Source of the DNA: an uncultured Gemmatimonadales bacterium
GTDB lineage: Bacteria > Gemmatimonadota > Gemmatimonadetes > Longimicrobiales > Gaopeijiaceae
Direction: 5' to 3'
Length of the DNA stretch: 64,000 bases
Assembly (NCBI GenBank): GCA_963809895.1
Contig: CAWELD010000003.1
Span: 544,001-608,000 of the forward strand
The position numbers were made by a program, and so were the translations under genes. Below are positions 28,206 to 36,524 of this stretch, one piece after another (the first letter of the stretch is position 1; every line of letters begins with the position of its first letter). The notes below the pieces were generated by a model. The model made no database searches. It was given only the letters and a program-made list of their open reading frames with translations, and had not been told where the DNA came from.

Positions 28206-30624
28206 CAGTCCCCCCGTCCTCTGGGGTGGCACGCAAAGCATGCGGACGTCTCGTAGGTGTAGCCCGACACTTCGCTGTGGTCACGGTCGGTGTTGGAGCG
28301 CGTGTGGCAGGTCGTGCACGAGAAGCTCCCGAAGTCGCCGGGCACGGTGTGACAATCCGCGCACTGATTCCACCTGCCCTGATGGGATCCAGAGTAGATC
28401 GGGAAGAACTGGGCGTCGTGATCGAAGGACGTCGCACTCCAGGTGTCCACGTTGTGGCAGGACAGGCAGGTAGTGGGGAAGCCGTCCGTGGCGTGCTCGC
28501 CGTCGTAGTCGCTCTGATGGCAGGCCACGCAGTCGTCCTGGGTGGCGGGGTCGGGGAAGAGCAGCGTGTAGCCGGGCACGGCGTGGCAGTCGGTGCAGGC
28601 GGCGGAGGCGTGGCTGCCCACGAGCTGGAAGCCACCGGAGAGCGCGACGTGGTCGACCTGGGCGCCGTCCCAGCCGGTCTGGGTGTGGCAGGACAGACAG
28701 GTCGTAGGGAAGCCCGAGCCGGCGTGCTCGCCGTCGTAGTCGGCCTGATGGCAGGCCACGCAGTCGTCCTGGGTGGCGGGGTCGGGGAAGAGCAGCGTGT
28801 AGCCGGGTACGGCGTGGCAGTCGGTGCAGGCGGCGGAGGCGTGGCTGCCCACGAGCTGGAAGCCTCCGGAGAGCGCGGCGTGGTCGACCTGGGCGCCGTC
28901 CCAGCCGGTCTGGGTGTGGCAGGACAGGCAGGTAGTGGGGAAGCCGGCCGTGGCGTGCTCGCCGTCGTAGTCGGCCTGATGGCAGGCCACGCAGTCGTCC
29001 TGGGTGGCGGGGTCGGGGAAGACGCAGCGTGTAGCCGGGCACGGCGTGGCAGCCGGGCAGGCGGCTGAGGTGGGCGCCGAGGAGCGGGAAGTCCGGAGGC
29101 GGCGTGATCGAACTCGGCGTCGTCCCAGCGGTCGACGGTGTGACAGGTGAGGCAGGTGGTAGGGAAGCCCGAGCCGGCGTGCTCACCGTCGTAGTCGGCC
29201 TGGTGGCAGGCCACGCAGTCGTCCTGGGTGGCCGGGTCGGGGAAACGCAGCCCCCCGCCCTCGAGGTGACAGGCCGAGCAGTCCTGACTCTGGTGGGCGC
29301 CGAGGAGGGCGAATCCGGTGGTGGCGTGATCGAAGTCGGCGTCGTCCCAGCGGTCGACGGTGTGACAGGTGAGGCAGGTGGTGGGGAAGCCCGAGCCGGC
29401 GTGCTCACCGTCGTAGTCGGCCTGGTGGCAGGCCACGCAGTCGTCCTGGGTGGCGGGGTCGGGGAAACGCAGCCCCCCGCCCTCGAGGTGACAGGCCGAG
29501 CAGTCCTGACTCTGGTGGGCGCCGAGGAGGGCGAATCCGGTGGTGGCGTGATCGAAGTCGGCGTCGTCCCAGCGGTCGACGGTGTGACAGGTGAGGCAGG
29601 TGGTGGGGAAGCCCGAGCCGGCGTGCTCACCGTCGTAGTCGGCCTGGTGGCAGGCCACGCAGTCGTCCTGGGTGGCGGGGTCGGGGAAACGCAGCCCCCC
29701 GCCCTCGAGGTGACAGGCCGAGCAGTCCTGACTCTGGTGGGCGCCGAGGAGGGCGAATCCGGTGATGGCGTGGTCGAAGTCGGGATCCGACCAGGTGTTC
29801 TGCGTGTGGCAGGAGAGGCAGGTGGTGGGGAATCCCGAGCCACCGTGCTCGCGGTCGTAGTCGGCCTGGTGACAGGACGTGCAATCCTCAGGTCCTGCCG
29901 GCGAGAACAGGGTCGCCATGCCGGGGGTCTGGTGGCAGCTCGCGCAGCGCAGTCCCTGGTGGGCTCCCAGGAGGGGGTACCCTCCGCTCGCTCCGAGGTG
30001 ATCGAAGGCGGGTGCGTCGCTCCATCCGACGGTACCGTGACACTGCGTACAATCCATGGGATAGCCCGCAGCCACGTGGTCCAGGGTCTGGGCGCTACGA
30101 TAGGCCGATGCGTGGCATGAGGCGCAGTCGGTGGGGAGGGCCGTGAAGGCCCCTCCGGAGTCGTCGGTGTGGCAGCTCGCGCACGTCACCTGCAGGTGCG
30201 CGCCGGTGAGGGGGAACGACGTGCGGGCGTGCACGGCTTCGCCATCGACATCGTGGAAGGAGTCCGTGCTGTGACAGACTGTGCACTCCTGCACCATGCG
30301 CCCGTCATGTGGGTCTTCGTGGCAGCTGGTGCAGTCGTCCATGTCCACCTGCGGCGCGGCGAAGCGGAGGTCCGTGTGGCAGGTGCTGCATTCCAGCGCG
30401 CCGTGGGTTCCGGTCAGCGGCGTCGGGTGCGTGAAGCGGAGCGTGTCTCGAAGCGGGGTCCACGCCGAGGACGTATGGCAGGCCGCGCAATCCAATCCCT
30501 CAGGGAGCGCGCCATGCGGATTGGTGGACGAGGGACGCTGGCCGAGCGTGGCCGCCGGAAGGCTGGCGGAGGCGAGCAGGGCGAGGGTCAGCGGACGAAG
30601 CACGGACCGGACGAGGGAGCTCAC
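28205..30624 (-). CDS. Giant multiheme cytochrome c (30 intact CxxCH + 1 disrupted), frameshifted at ~29020-29100
   Basis: GTG 30624 with GGAGG RBS and Sec signal peptide; 19 CxxCH before the frame disruption and 11 after (28205-28990 frame); the intervening sequence aligns with neighbouring repeats except for small indels. Confidence 0.88.
28455..29050 (-). repeat. About 2.5 near-identical 231-bp (77-aa, 3-heme) tandem repeats
   Basis: CAGGCCAC recurs at 28521, 28752, 28983; unit with CTDCH/CVACH/CLSCH. Confidence 0.9.
29105..29780 (-). repeat. Three near-identical 222-bp (74-aa, 3-heme) tandem repeats
   Basis: GTGCTCACCG recurs at 29179, 29401, 29623; unit DFDHATTGFALLGAHQSQDCSACH...DDCVACH...TTCLTCHTVDRWDDA. 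Confidence 0.92.
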
Positions 30625-32086
30625 GCGGCACCTCCGTGGCAGTCCGTGCACGAATGACCCAGCGGGCGATAGCGCGTGATGCTTACGCCCCCGGGACCCG
30701 GCTCGGACCGATGGCAGGCGACACACGCCAGCTCCTGATGCACACCCTCCAGGTCGAATCCCGTGACGCGATGATCGAAGTCGGGAATGGCAAAGCTCGT
30801 CTGCTCGTGGCAGGAGTCGCAGCGCCGCCCGTCGAACTGATCGCCGTGGGGATTGTCACCCGCGTGGCAGCTGAGGCAGCTGCTCAGCCCCGACCTGCAT
30901 GACGAAGCGCGTCCCTTCCCGTCGGTGGCACTCGCCGCAGGCGACCGTCAGGTGGGCGCCTTCGAGCTGGAAAGCGTTGTCCGCGTTGTGGCGGCCGATG
31001 TCGTACTGCGCCGGGAGCCATCGATCCTGTCCGTGACAGTCCGTGCACGCGTCGGTGCCGTCGGTGCCCGCCAGGACGCCCTGGTGCTCGTCCTCGTGGC
31101 AGCTGGTGCAGCGCTCGCTCTCCGGCGCGGGGAACGTCCGCGAGGCGGTACCGTCGACGTAGCGGACATGAAGGCCCGGAAGGCCCGCGGCCGTTTCTCG
31201 GTCGTGACACGAGGCGCATGGTGTTTCCGCGTGTCGACCCTGGAGCACGAAACCGGTCGACGCGTGATCGAAGCGGCCCTCGACCCTCGATCGGTTCACC
31301 GGCAACCAGCCGGCGGTGCTGTGGCAGGTGGTACACGCCCCTTGCATGGCCCCGTCGTGCCGATCCTGGTGGCAAGCGGTGCACGTGCCGAACGAGAGAG
31401 GTCGAAAACGCACCGAGACGGGCTCACTCGGCGGGTCCGGGCTCGTGGCAGGAAGAGCAGTCCAGCGCCCGGTGCCGCCCCGTGAGCCGATAGCGCGCGC
31501 GATCGTGGTCGAACCCCGGTGCATCTTCCCAGCTGCCGGTGTCGTGGCATGCGGTGCAGGCCCGGTCGGAGAACTCACCGGCGTGCGGGTCATCGTCCTC
31601 GTGACACGCGGCGCACGTGTTCGGGAGCCCCAGGAACGTCCGGGCCAGCGCCGTGGGGTCCGGCCTGAAGCGGCGCACCGCCGCATCGACGATGCGCTCG
31701 GGGGCGTGACAGTCTCCGCATTCGAGCTCGACATGGCCGCCGTCGAGGGCGAAGCCCGCGTCTTCGTGTGGGAAGCTCGCCGTGTCCAGGCGCACCAGGG
31801 CGAAATCACGCCCGAAGTGCTCCTTGTGACAGGTCGCACAGTCCTCTTCGTTCAGCGAGGCGTGATAGCCTTCTCCACGATCCAGCCGCTGGCGGAGAGG
31901 CTCGTGGCACTCCAGGCACAGGGCGGGGGAGATGCCGGGCTTGCGGAGCTCGTGGCAGGACGTGCACTTCCGCAACCCCTCCAGCTGGGCGTGGGGCGCG
32001 GACAGCTTGCCCGGCGACAGGATCTGTGACCGCGCAGGCAACGGGGCCATGGCGGCCAGTGCCACCAGGATCAGGGCGCGGCTCAA
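30621..32086 (-). CDS. 17-heme cytochrome c (cytochrome c3/c7-like repeats), with two frameshifts (~31435 and ~30890)
   Basis: TTG 32086 (TTGA overlap), Sec signal MSRALILVALAAMAPLPARS-Q, QILSPGKLSAPHAQLEG; 7 + 6 + 4 CxxCH in three successive frames; the last frame ends HSCTDCHGGAA* overlapping the next start (GTGA). Confidence 0.85.
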
Positions 32087-32679
32087 GGCAGCCTCGCCCC
32101 GAGTCGGTCCGAAGCGGCGTCGATCTGCTCGCGCAAGCCGTCGTCGTCGGTCGCCACCCTGGCCCGGGCCCACCACTCGCGGGCGCCGCGCGCGTCTCCT
32201 CGATTCGCCAGCACCGCACCCAGGTCGTACATGGCCACCGCGTCGTCGGGGGCCCGGGCGAGCCGCTCCTCGAGGACGCTTCCGGCCCGATCCCATTCAC
32301 CCAGCTCGCCGTGTGCCGCCGCCAGGTCGAAGTAGGCCTGGGGCTCGTCCGGGTCCAGCGCGACAGCCCGCACGTAGTGGGGGATGGCCTCGCGTGTGCG
32401 GTGTCCATCGTGGAGGAGGCGGGCGAGCTCGAGATGAACGGCGCGGTTGTCGGGGGCGGATTCCAGGTGGTCCTCCAGCGCCCTCACCCGCTGGGTGAAC
32501 GACGCGGCGAGATCTCCGGCCGCGACCGTTCGAACCCCGGCGGCCGTATGGGCTGCAGCCACGGCGTCCGAAGGGGATGCGGGCGACCCGGAACCGGGCA
32601 GACGCCGTGCGACGAAGCCGAGCACGGTGAGAGCAACGGCGGTCAGAAGCATCAGCGGAGCCACCACGCGTGCGATCAT
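32083..32679 (-). CDS. Membrane-anchored TPR protein (possibly CcmI/NrfG-like maturation accessory)
   Basis: N-terminal hydrophobic helix; three TPRs (HLELARLLH, YFDLAAAHG, MYDLGAVLA). Confidence 0.72.
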   Translation of the reverse strand: MIARVVAPLMLLTAVALTVLGFVARRLPGSGSPASPSDAVAAAHTAAGVRTVAAGDLAASFTQRVRALEDHLESAPDNRAVHLELARLLHDGHRTREAIPHYVRAVALDPDEPQAYFDLAAAHGELGEWDRAGSVLEERLARAPDDAVAMYDLGAVLANRGDARGAREWWARARVATDDDGLREQIDAASDRLGARLP

Positions 32680-32681
32680 GG

Positions 32682-33533
32682 TCAGAAGATCCAGGTGTAG
32701 CCGAAGAGAATGGACACCGTGACGTGCACGCCGAGGATCAGGAACATCACGATGGCCAGAGGCAGGTGGACGACGTGCCAGTAGCGGAAGAGTCGCTGGA
32801 ACGGATGCAGGAGGAGAGTCTGCTGCCGGAGCCGCGCCCGTTCGCGCACCAGGTCGGCGAGACGCCGCTGGATCGGGGCCGGCAGCGACCAGGTCTCGAG
32901 CTCGCGCCGCAGACGGCGCCGGCCGAGACGGCCCTTCAGGTCCTCGCGCATGGCCAGCCACAGGGCTCCGATCAGGCTGCGAGGATGGGCGATCCCGTCG
33001 CCGGCTCCCAGGAGGCGAGCCACCGCTTCCGGCGACACGTCGGTCGTGGCGCGGATCTCGGCGGCGAGCGCGCCGGTCCGAGCCTCCACGGCGTCCTGGC
33101 CCAGGAAGCGGCCGTTCACCGTCTTGGGAATGCGCACGTACACGTACCGTCCGAAGATCCCGCTGGCCACGACCACGGCCATGCTCCAGAACGCCACCGA
33201 GACCAATCCCCCGAACTTGAACGTGGTGTGCAGGAGCACGAAGAAGGGGCCCAGCGTGCACAGGAAGATGTGGACCTGCAGCCAGTAGCGGAGGCCGCCG
33301 AGCCGCTCGAGGAAGGCAGCGCGCTTGCGCATGGAGTAGCCGATCACGCCCACGACGATCATGGTGGTGCCAACGATGCCGAGGCCGTGTCCCACGAGCC
33401 CGGTGGGCGAGAACATGGGGGCGAGCTCCGAATAGGCGCGCTGGTCCAGAGGCAGGACGTAGTAGTCCAGTCCCCAGACGAGGGCGGAGCCGGCGGCCCC
33501 GAGCCAGACGACCAGGAGGATGAAGGCGAGCAC
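32682..33533 (-). CDS. His-rich integral inner-membrane protein (putative b-type cytochrome / quinone-interacting subunit)
   Basis: About 5 TM helices with GHGLG, WLQVHIFL, VLLHT, WHVVHLP, GVHV. The ORF extends to ATG 33605, but that ATG abuts the terminator U-tract; GTG 33533 has an AGGA RBS. Confidence 0.72.
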   Translation of the reverse strand: MLAFILLVVWLGAAGSALVWGLDYYVLPLDQRAYSELAPMFSPTGLVGHGLGIVGTTMIVVGVIGYSMRKRAAFLERLGGLRYWLQVHIFLCTLGPFFVLLHTTFKFGGLVSVAFWSMAVVVASGIFGRYVYVRIPKTVNGRFLGQDAVEARTGALAAEIRATTDVSPEAVARLLGAGDGIAHPRSLIGALWLAMREDLKGRLGRRRLRRELETWSLPAPIQRRLADLVRERARLRQQTLLLHPFQRLFRYWHVVHLPLAIVMFLILGVHVTVSILFGYTWIF

Positions 33534-33606
33534 CGGGTTCCTGTCAGGGGGAGGCGGGGTGACGGACGGACCGGCATGCAAGGAGCGGACCGCACGAGGA
33601 CGCATG

Positions 33607-33638
33607 AAAAAAAGACCCGACGCACCATGCGCCGGGCC
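33607..33638 (-). terminator. Intrinsic terminator of the riboswitch expression platform
   Basis: Minus strand GGCCCGGCGCA-UGG-UGCGUCGGGUC (11-bp stem with 2 G-U) followed by U7, located between the aptamer and the first gene. Confidence 0.85.
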
Positions 33639-33664
33639 GTAGAACGGAGCGTTGGCTCCGCCCT

Positions 33665-33748
33665 ACCTGGCAGCTGGGCGATCCACGAGGTGGTGGACCC
33701 CTGGCTTTGCGTCCCGCCGTTGCCGACGGTTTGCCCTTAGCAGGTTGC
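33665..33748 (-). ncRNA. Cyclic di-GMP-I (GEMM-I) riboswitch aptamer
   Basis: Minus strand ACCUG-CUAAG-GGCAAACC-GUCG-GCAA-CGGC-GGGACGCAAAGC-CAGGGGUCC...GGAUCGCCCAGCUGC-CAGGU. It has the GGCAAACC and GGGACGCAAAGC hallmarks, a GNRA tetraloop, and P1 ACCUG/CAGGU in register with the Vc2 aptamer (G20=33735, A47=33708, C92=33670). Confidence 0.9.
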
Positions 33749-33752
33749 TTCA

Positions 33753-33782
33753 AACTTATGCAAATGCCACAAAACGGGTCAA
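33753..33782 (-). promoter_or_regulatory. Putative sigma70 promoter driving the riboswitch and cytochrome operon
   Basis: TTGACC(33782-33777)-N18-TAAGTT(33758-33753) in an AT-rich patch; the implied TSS (~33746) coincides with the aptamer 5' end. Confidence 0.6.
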
Positions 33783-33905
33783 CGAATTCGTGTGGGCCCC
33801 GGTGCGTGGGGCGATTCGCGCACGACGGCGGACCGCGGTAGCTTCGCAGCGCCGGACCGGAGCGACGGGTTCGGGGCACCTACGACCACCCTCTCGGAGG
33901 ACCAC

Positions 33906-35195
33906 ATGATCAGCAGGCGAGGCTTCATCGGTGCGTCCGCCACCGTGGCGGCCGGAGCAATGGCGGGATCGGGGAACGATCTCCTGGCCGCGGAGCCCCA
34001 GGAGCTACCACCGTCCATCGCGCGCTTGCGCTCGCAGCGGGATAAGGCCCACCCCATCACGGTCGCCGAGCGTGAAGCTCGCATCGAGCGTGCTCGCAGC
34101 CTCATGCGGGATGTCGGCCTCGATGCGCTCATGCTGACCGGTGGCACCTCCATGACCTACTTCACCAACGTGCAGTGGGGTCTCAGCGAGCGATTGTTCG
34201 CCGTGGTGGTCCCGGTGCGAGGTGAGGCCTTCGTGGTCACTCCGGCCTTCGAAGAGGGGCGCACGCGGGAGCAACTCGAGACCGGTCCACTGGGGTCGGC
34301 CGAGGTGTTGACGTGGCAAGAGGACGAGAGCCCCTACGAACGTGTGGCCCAGGGCCTGCGTGCTCGAAGCATCGCTTCCGGCCGGATCGGCATGGAGGAG
34401 ACCGTGCGCTTCGTCTTCGCCGATGGTGTCGCGCAGGCGGCCCCATCGCTGGAGGTGGTGAGCGGGACGCCGGTCACCGCCGGGTGCCGCGGACGGAAGG
34501 ACGAGCACGAGTTGGCGCTGATGCGGCTGGCTTCGGAGGTCACGCTGACGGCCTACAAGGCCGCGTACGAGGCGTTGGAAGAAGGGATGACCCAGGACGA
34601 CTTCGCGCGCCTGGTGAGCCTCGCCCACGAGCGGCAGGGCTTCTCGGGGGGAGCCGGCGTTCAGGTCGGGCAGTTCTCGGCGTTGCCCCACGGCTCCGTC
34701 ACGCCGCAGGTCGTGCGCCAGGGGACGATCCTGCTCATGGACGGGGGCTGTGGGGTCGAGGGATACCGCTCCGACCTGAGCCGGACCTTCGTCATGGGCG
34801 CGCCCACCGACAAGATGCGCACGGTGTTCGAGATCGAGCATCGGGCCCAGAAGGCCGCGTTGGACCAGGCCCGGCCCGGCGTCGAGGCGCAATCGGTGGA
34901 CGCGGCCGCCCGCAAGGTCATCGAGGACGCCGGCTACGGTCCGGGGTACAAGTACTTCACGCATCGAGTGGGGCACGGGATCGGTATGGACGGCCACGAA
35001 TGGCCGTATCTCGTGAAGGGGAACACCATGCTTCTGCAGCCCGGAATGACATTCAGCGACGAGCCCGGGATCTACATTCCCGGAGAGTTCGGGGTCCGGC
35101 TCGAGGACGACATGGTCATCACCGATTCGGGAGCCCAGTTGCTGACGCCCCAGAGCCCATCTCTGGAGGATCCGTTCGGGAACTGGCCTTCGTAG
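33906..35195 (+). CDS. Tat-exported Xaa-Pro peptidase (M24 family)
   Basis: GGAGG RBS; SRRGFIG twin-arginine signal; creatinase-N domain; ALPHG, DGGC...YRSD, HRVGHGIGMDGHE, SDEPG, GVRLEDD. Confidence 0.92.
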   Translation: MISRRGFIGASATVAAGAMAGSGNDLLAAEPQELPPSIARLRSQRDKAHPITVAEREARIERARSLMRDVGLDALMLTGGTSMTYFTNVQWGLSERLFAVVVPVRGEAFVVTPAFEEGRTREQLETGPLGSAEVLTWQEDESPYERVAQGLRARSIASGRIGMEETVRFVFADGVAQAAPSLEVVSGTPVTAGCRGRKDEHELALMRLASEVTLTAYKAAYEALEEGMTQDDFARLVSLAHERQGFSGGAGVQVGQFSALPHGSVTPQVVRQGTILLMDGGCGVEGYRSDLSRTFVMGAPTDKMRTVFEIEHRAQKAALDQARPGVEAQSVDAAARKVIEDAGYGPGYKYFTHRVGHGIGMDGHEWPYLVKGNTMLLQPGMTFSDEPGIYIPGEFGVRLEDDMVITDSGAQLLTPQSPSLEDPFGNWPS

Positions 35196-35352
35196 GGCCC
35201 CCCGACCGGACCCCGGACCCGGGCCGCCGCGAACACGTCATGCTTGACGATCCTGCTCGCGCTCGGGAGGTTCAAGCACGCGCAATGACCCTGCGGGGGG
35301 CCCGGTGATGGACGGGTCGCCCGGGAGGCCTCGCCTTTCTCGCCCGGAGCCC

Positions 35353-36516
35353 ATGTCCTCCTCGACCCCTCCACACCCGATCGCAGTCGGCGCGTCGAGA
35401 TCAGCGCTGGGTCTCGTCATGGCCGCCGTCGGCGTGCTCCTGACCGGGTCCCTGTCGGCGCAGGAGTTGCCGCTGCGCCGCGAGATCCCGAGGCAGGGGA
35501 AGGCCGTCTGCGAAGGGCGCCCCCCGACCCGCACGCCCACCGACGAGGAGCGGGCCCAGGCCGAACAGCTCGGGTCCAGCGCATCGCAGGCCGTGATCCT
35601 GGGGGATAACGAGCGGGCGCGGGACCTGCTCGCCCGGGCGGTACAGCTCAACCCGACCTCCACGGCGCTGACCTACCAGTACGCGCGCATCCTGGAAGAC
35701 CTGGGTGAGTCCGATGCGGCCCAGCGTCAATACTGTCTGGTGCTCGCCCTGGCTTCGGATTCCCCCGAAGCGACCGATGCTCAGGGCCGCCTCGACGCCC
35801 TGACCGCTCGTGCGGGGGCCATGCTGCCCACCACCGCCGTCGCGCGCTTCCGGGACGGCGTGGCCGCGGCCGAAGCGGGTCGTCTGGACGAGGCGGCCGC
35901 GGCGTTCGCCGGCGCCGCGTCTCTCGCGCCGGAGTGGCCCGACGCGGCATACAACCAGGGCGCCGCCCTGGCCCGGCTCGGCCGTCGGCGAGAAGCCATC
36001 GCGGCGCTGCGGCGATATCTCCAGTTGCAGCCCGACGCGCCCGACGGGATTCTCGTGTCCGAGCGCATCGGGCAGCTTCAGACCGGGTTGAGCACGCCGA
36101 GTCCGGGGGCGGCATTTACGTTGGGCCTGCTGATCCCGGGCATGGGGCAGTTCTATTCGGGACGCCCCGTTCCCGGACTCGCGGTGCTCTCCCTGGCCGG
36201 TGGGGCCGCGGCCTTTGCGCTGTTGAGCAAGGAGACCCACGTGAAGTGCCGGCAGGATCCGGGCCCCGGAGCGGATTGCCCGCCGGAGGACGTTCTCGGG
36301 GAGACGTCTGACAGGCCGTATCTCGCAGCGGGGCTCGGCGCGGCCGGGGCGATCACGGTTCTGGGAGCCATCGAGGCCCTGGTCAAGGCACGAGGGCGGC
36401 GCGGCTCTGAAGGGCCTATGATGTCCATGGACATCGGGAGTGCGACCATCACGGGTCCGACGGTGGCGGCCCAGGGCATACACCTGGATCTGCGCCTGGT
36501 CGGGATTCGATTCTGA
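35353..36516 (+). CDS. Exported TPR protein with C-terminal membrane hairpin (DUF5683/TM2-like) ending in Phe
   Basis: Signal peptide, two TPR pairs, PGAAFTLGLLIPGMGQFYSG, hydrophobic helices, ...LRLVGIRF. Start uncertain (35305-35419). Confidence 0.68.
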   Translation: MSSSTPPHPIAVGASRSALGLVMAAVGVLLTGSLSAQELPLRREIPRQGKAVCEGRPPTRTPTDEERAQAEQLGSSASQAVILGDNERARDLLARAVQLNPTSTALTYQYARILEDLGESDAAQRQYCLVLALASDSPEATDAQGRLDALTARAGAMLPTTAVARFRDGVAAAEAGRLDEAAAAFAGAASLAPEWPDAAYNQGAALARLGRRREAIAALRRYLQLQPDAPDGILVSERIGQLQTGLSTPSPGAAFTLGLLIPGMGQFYSGRPVPGLAVLSLAGGAAAFALLSKETHVKCRQDPGPGADCPPEDVLGETSDRPYLAAGLGAAGAITVLGAIEALVKARGRRGSEGPMMSMDIGSATITGPTVAAQGIHLDLRLVGIRF

Positions 36517-36524
36517 GGCATGGC

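Noticed and set aside
25291..30726. 1811-aa ORF suggesting a cytochrome-oxidoreductase fusion
   Set aside because: The middle is low-complexity off-frame sequence created by the frameshift near 29090; the real genes (cytochrome, barrel, oxidoreductase) have their own coupled starts and stops.
31424..31426. TGA inside the 17-heme cytochrome as possible selenocysteine read-through (selA is in the window)
   Set aside because: The same frame after the TGA has no heme motifs; coding continues in another frame, so this is a frameshift, not recoding. The same holds for the TGA at 30856.
33745..33770. Sigma54 element (TGGCATTTGC) or TTGC-N11-GCAA operator upstream of the cytochrome operon
   Set aside because: GG-to-GC spacing is wrong for sigma54; the 4-bp arms are too short to support, and the region is explained by the sigma70 promoter and aptamer start.
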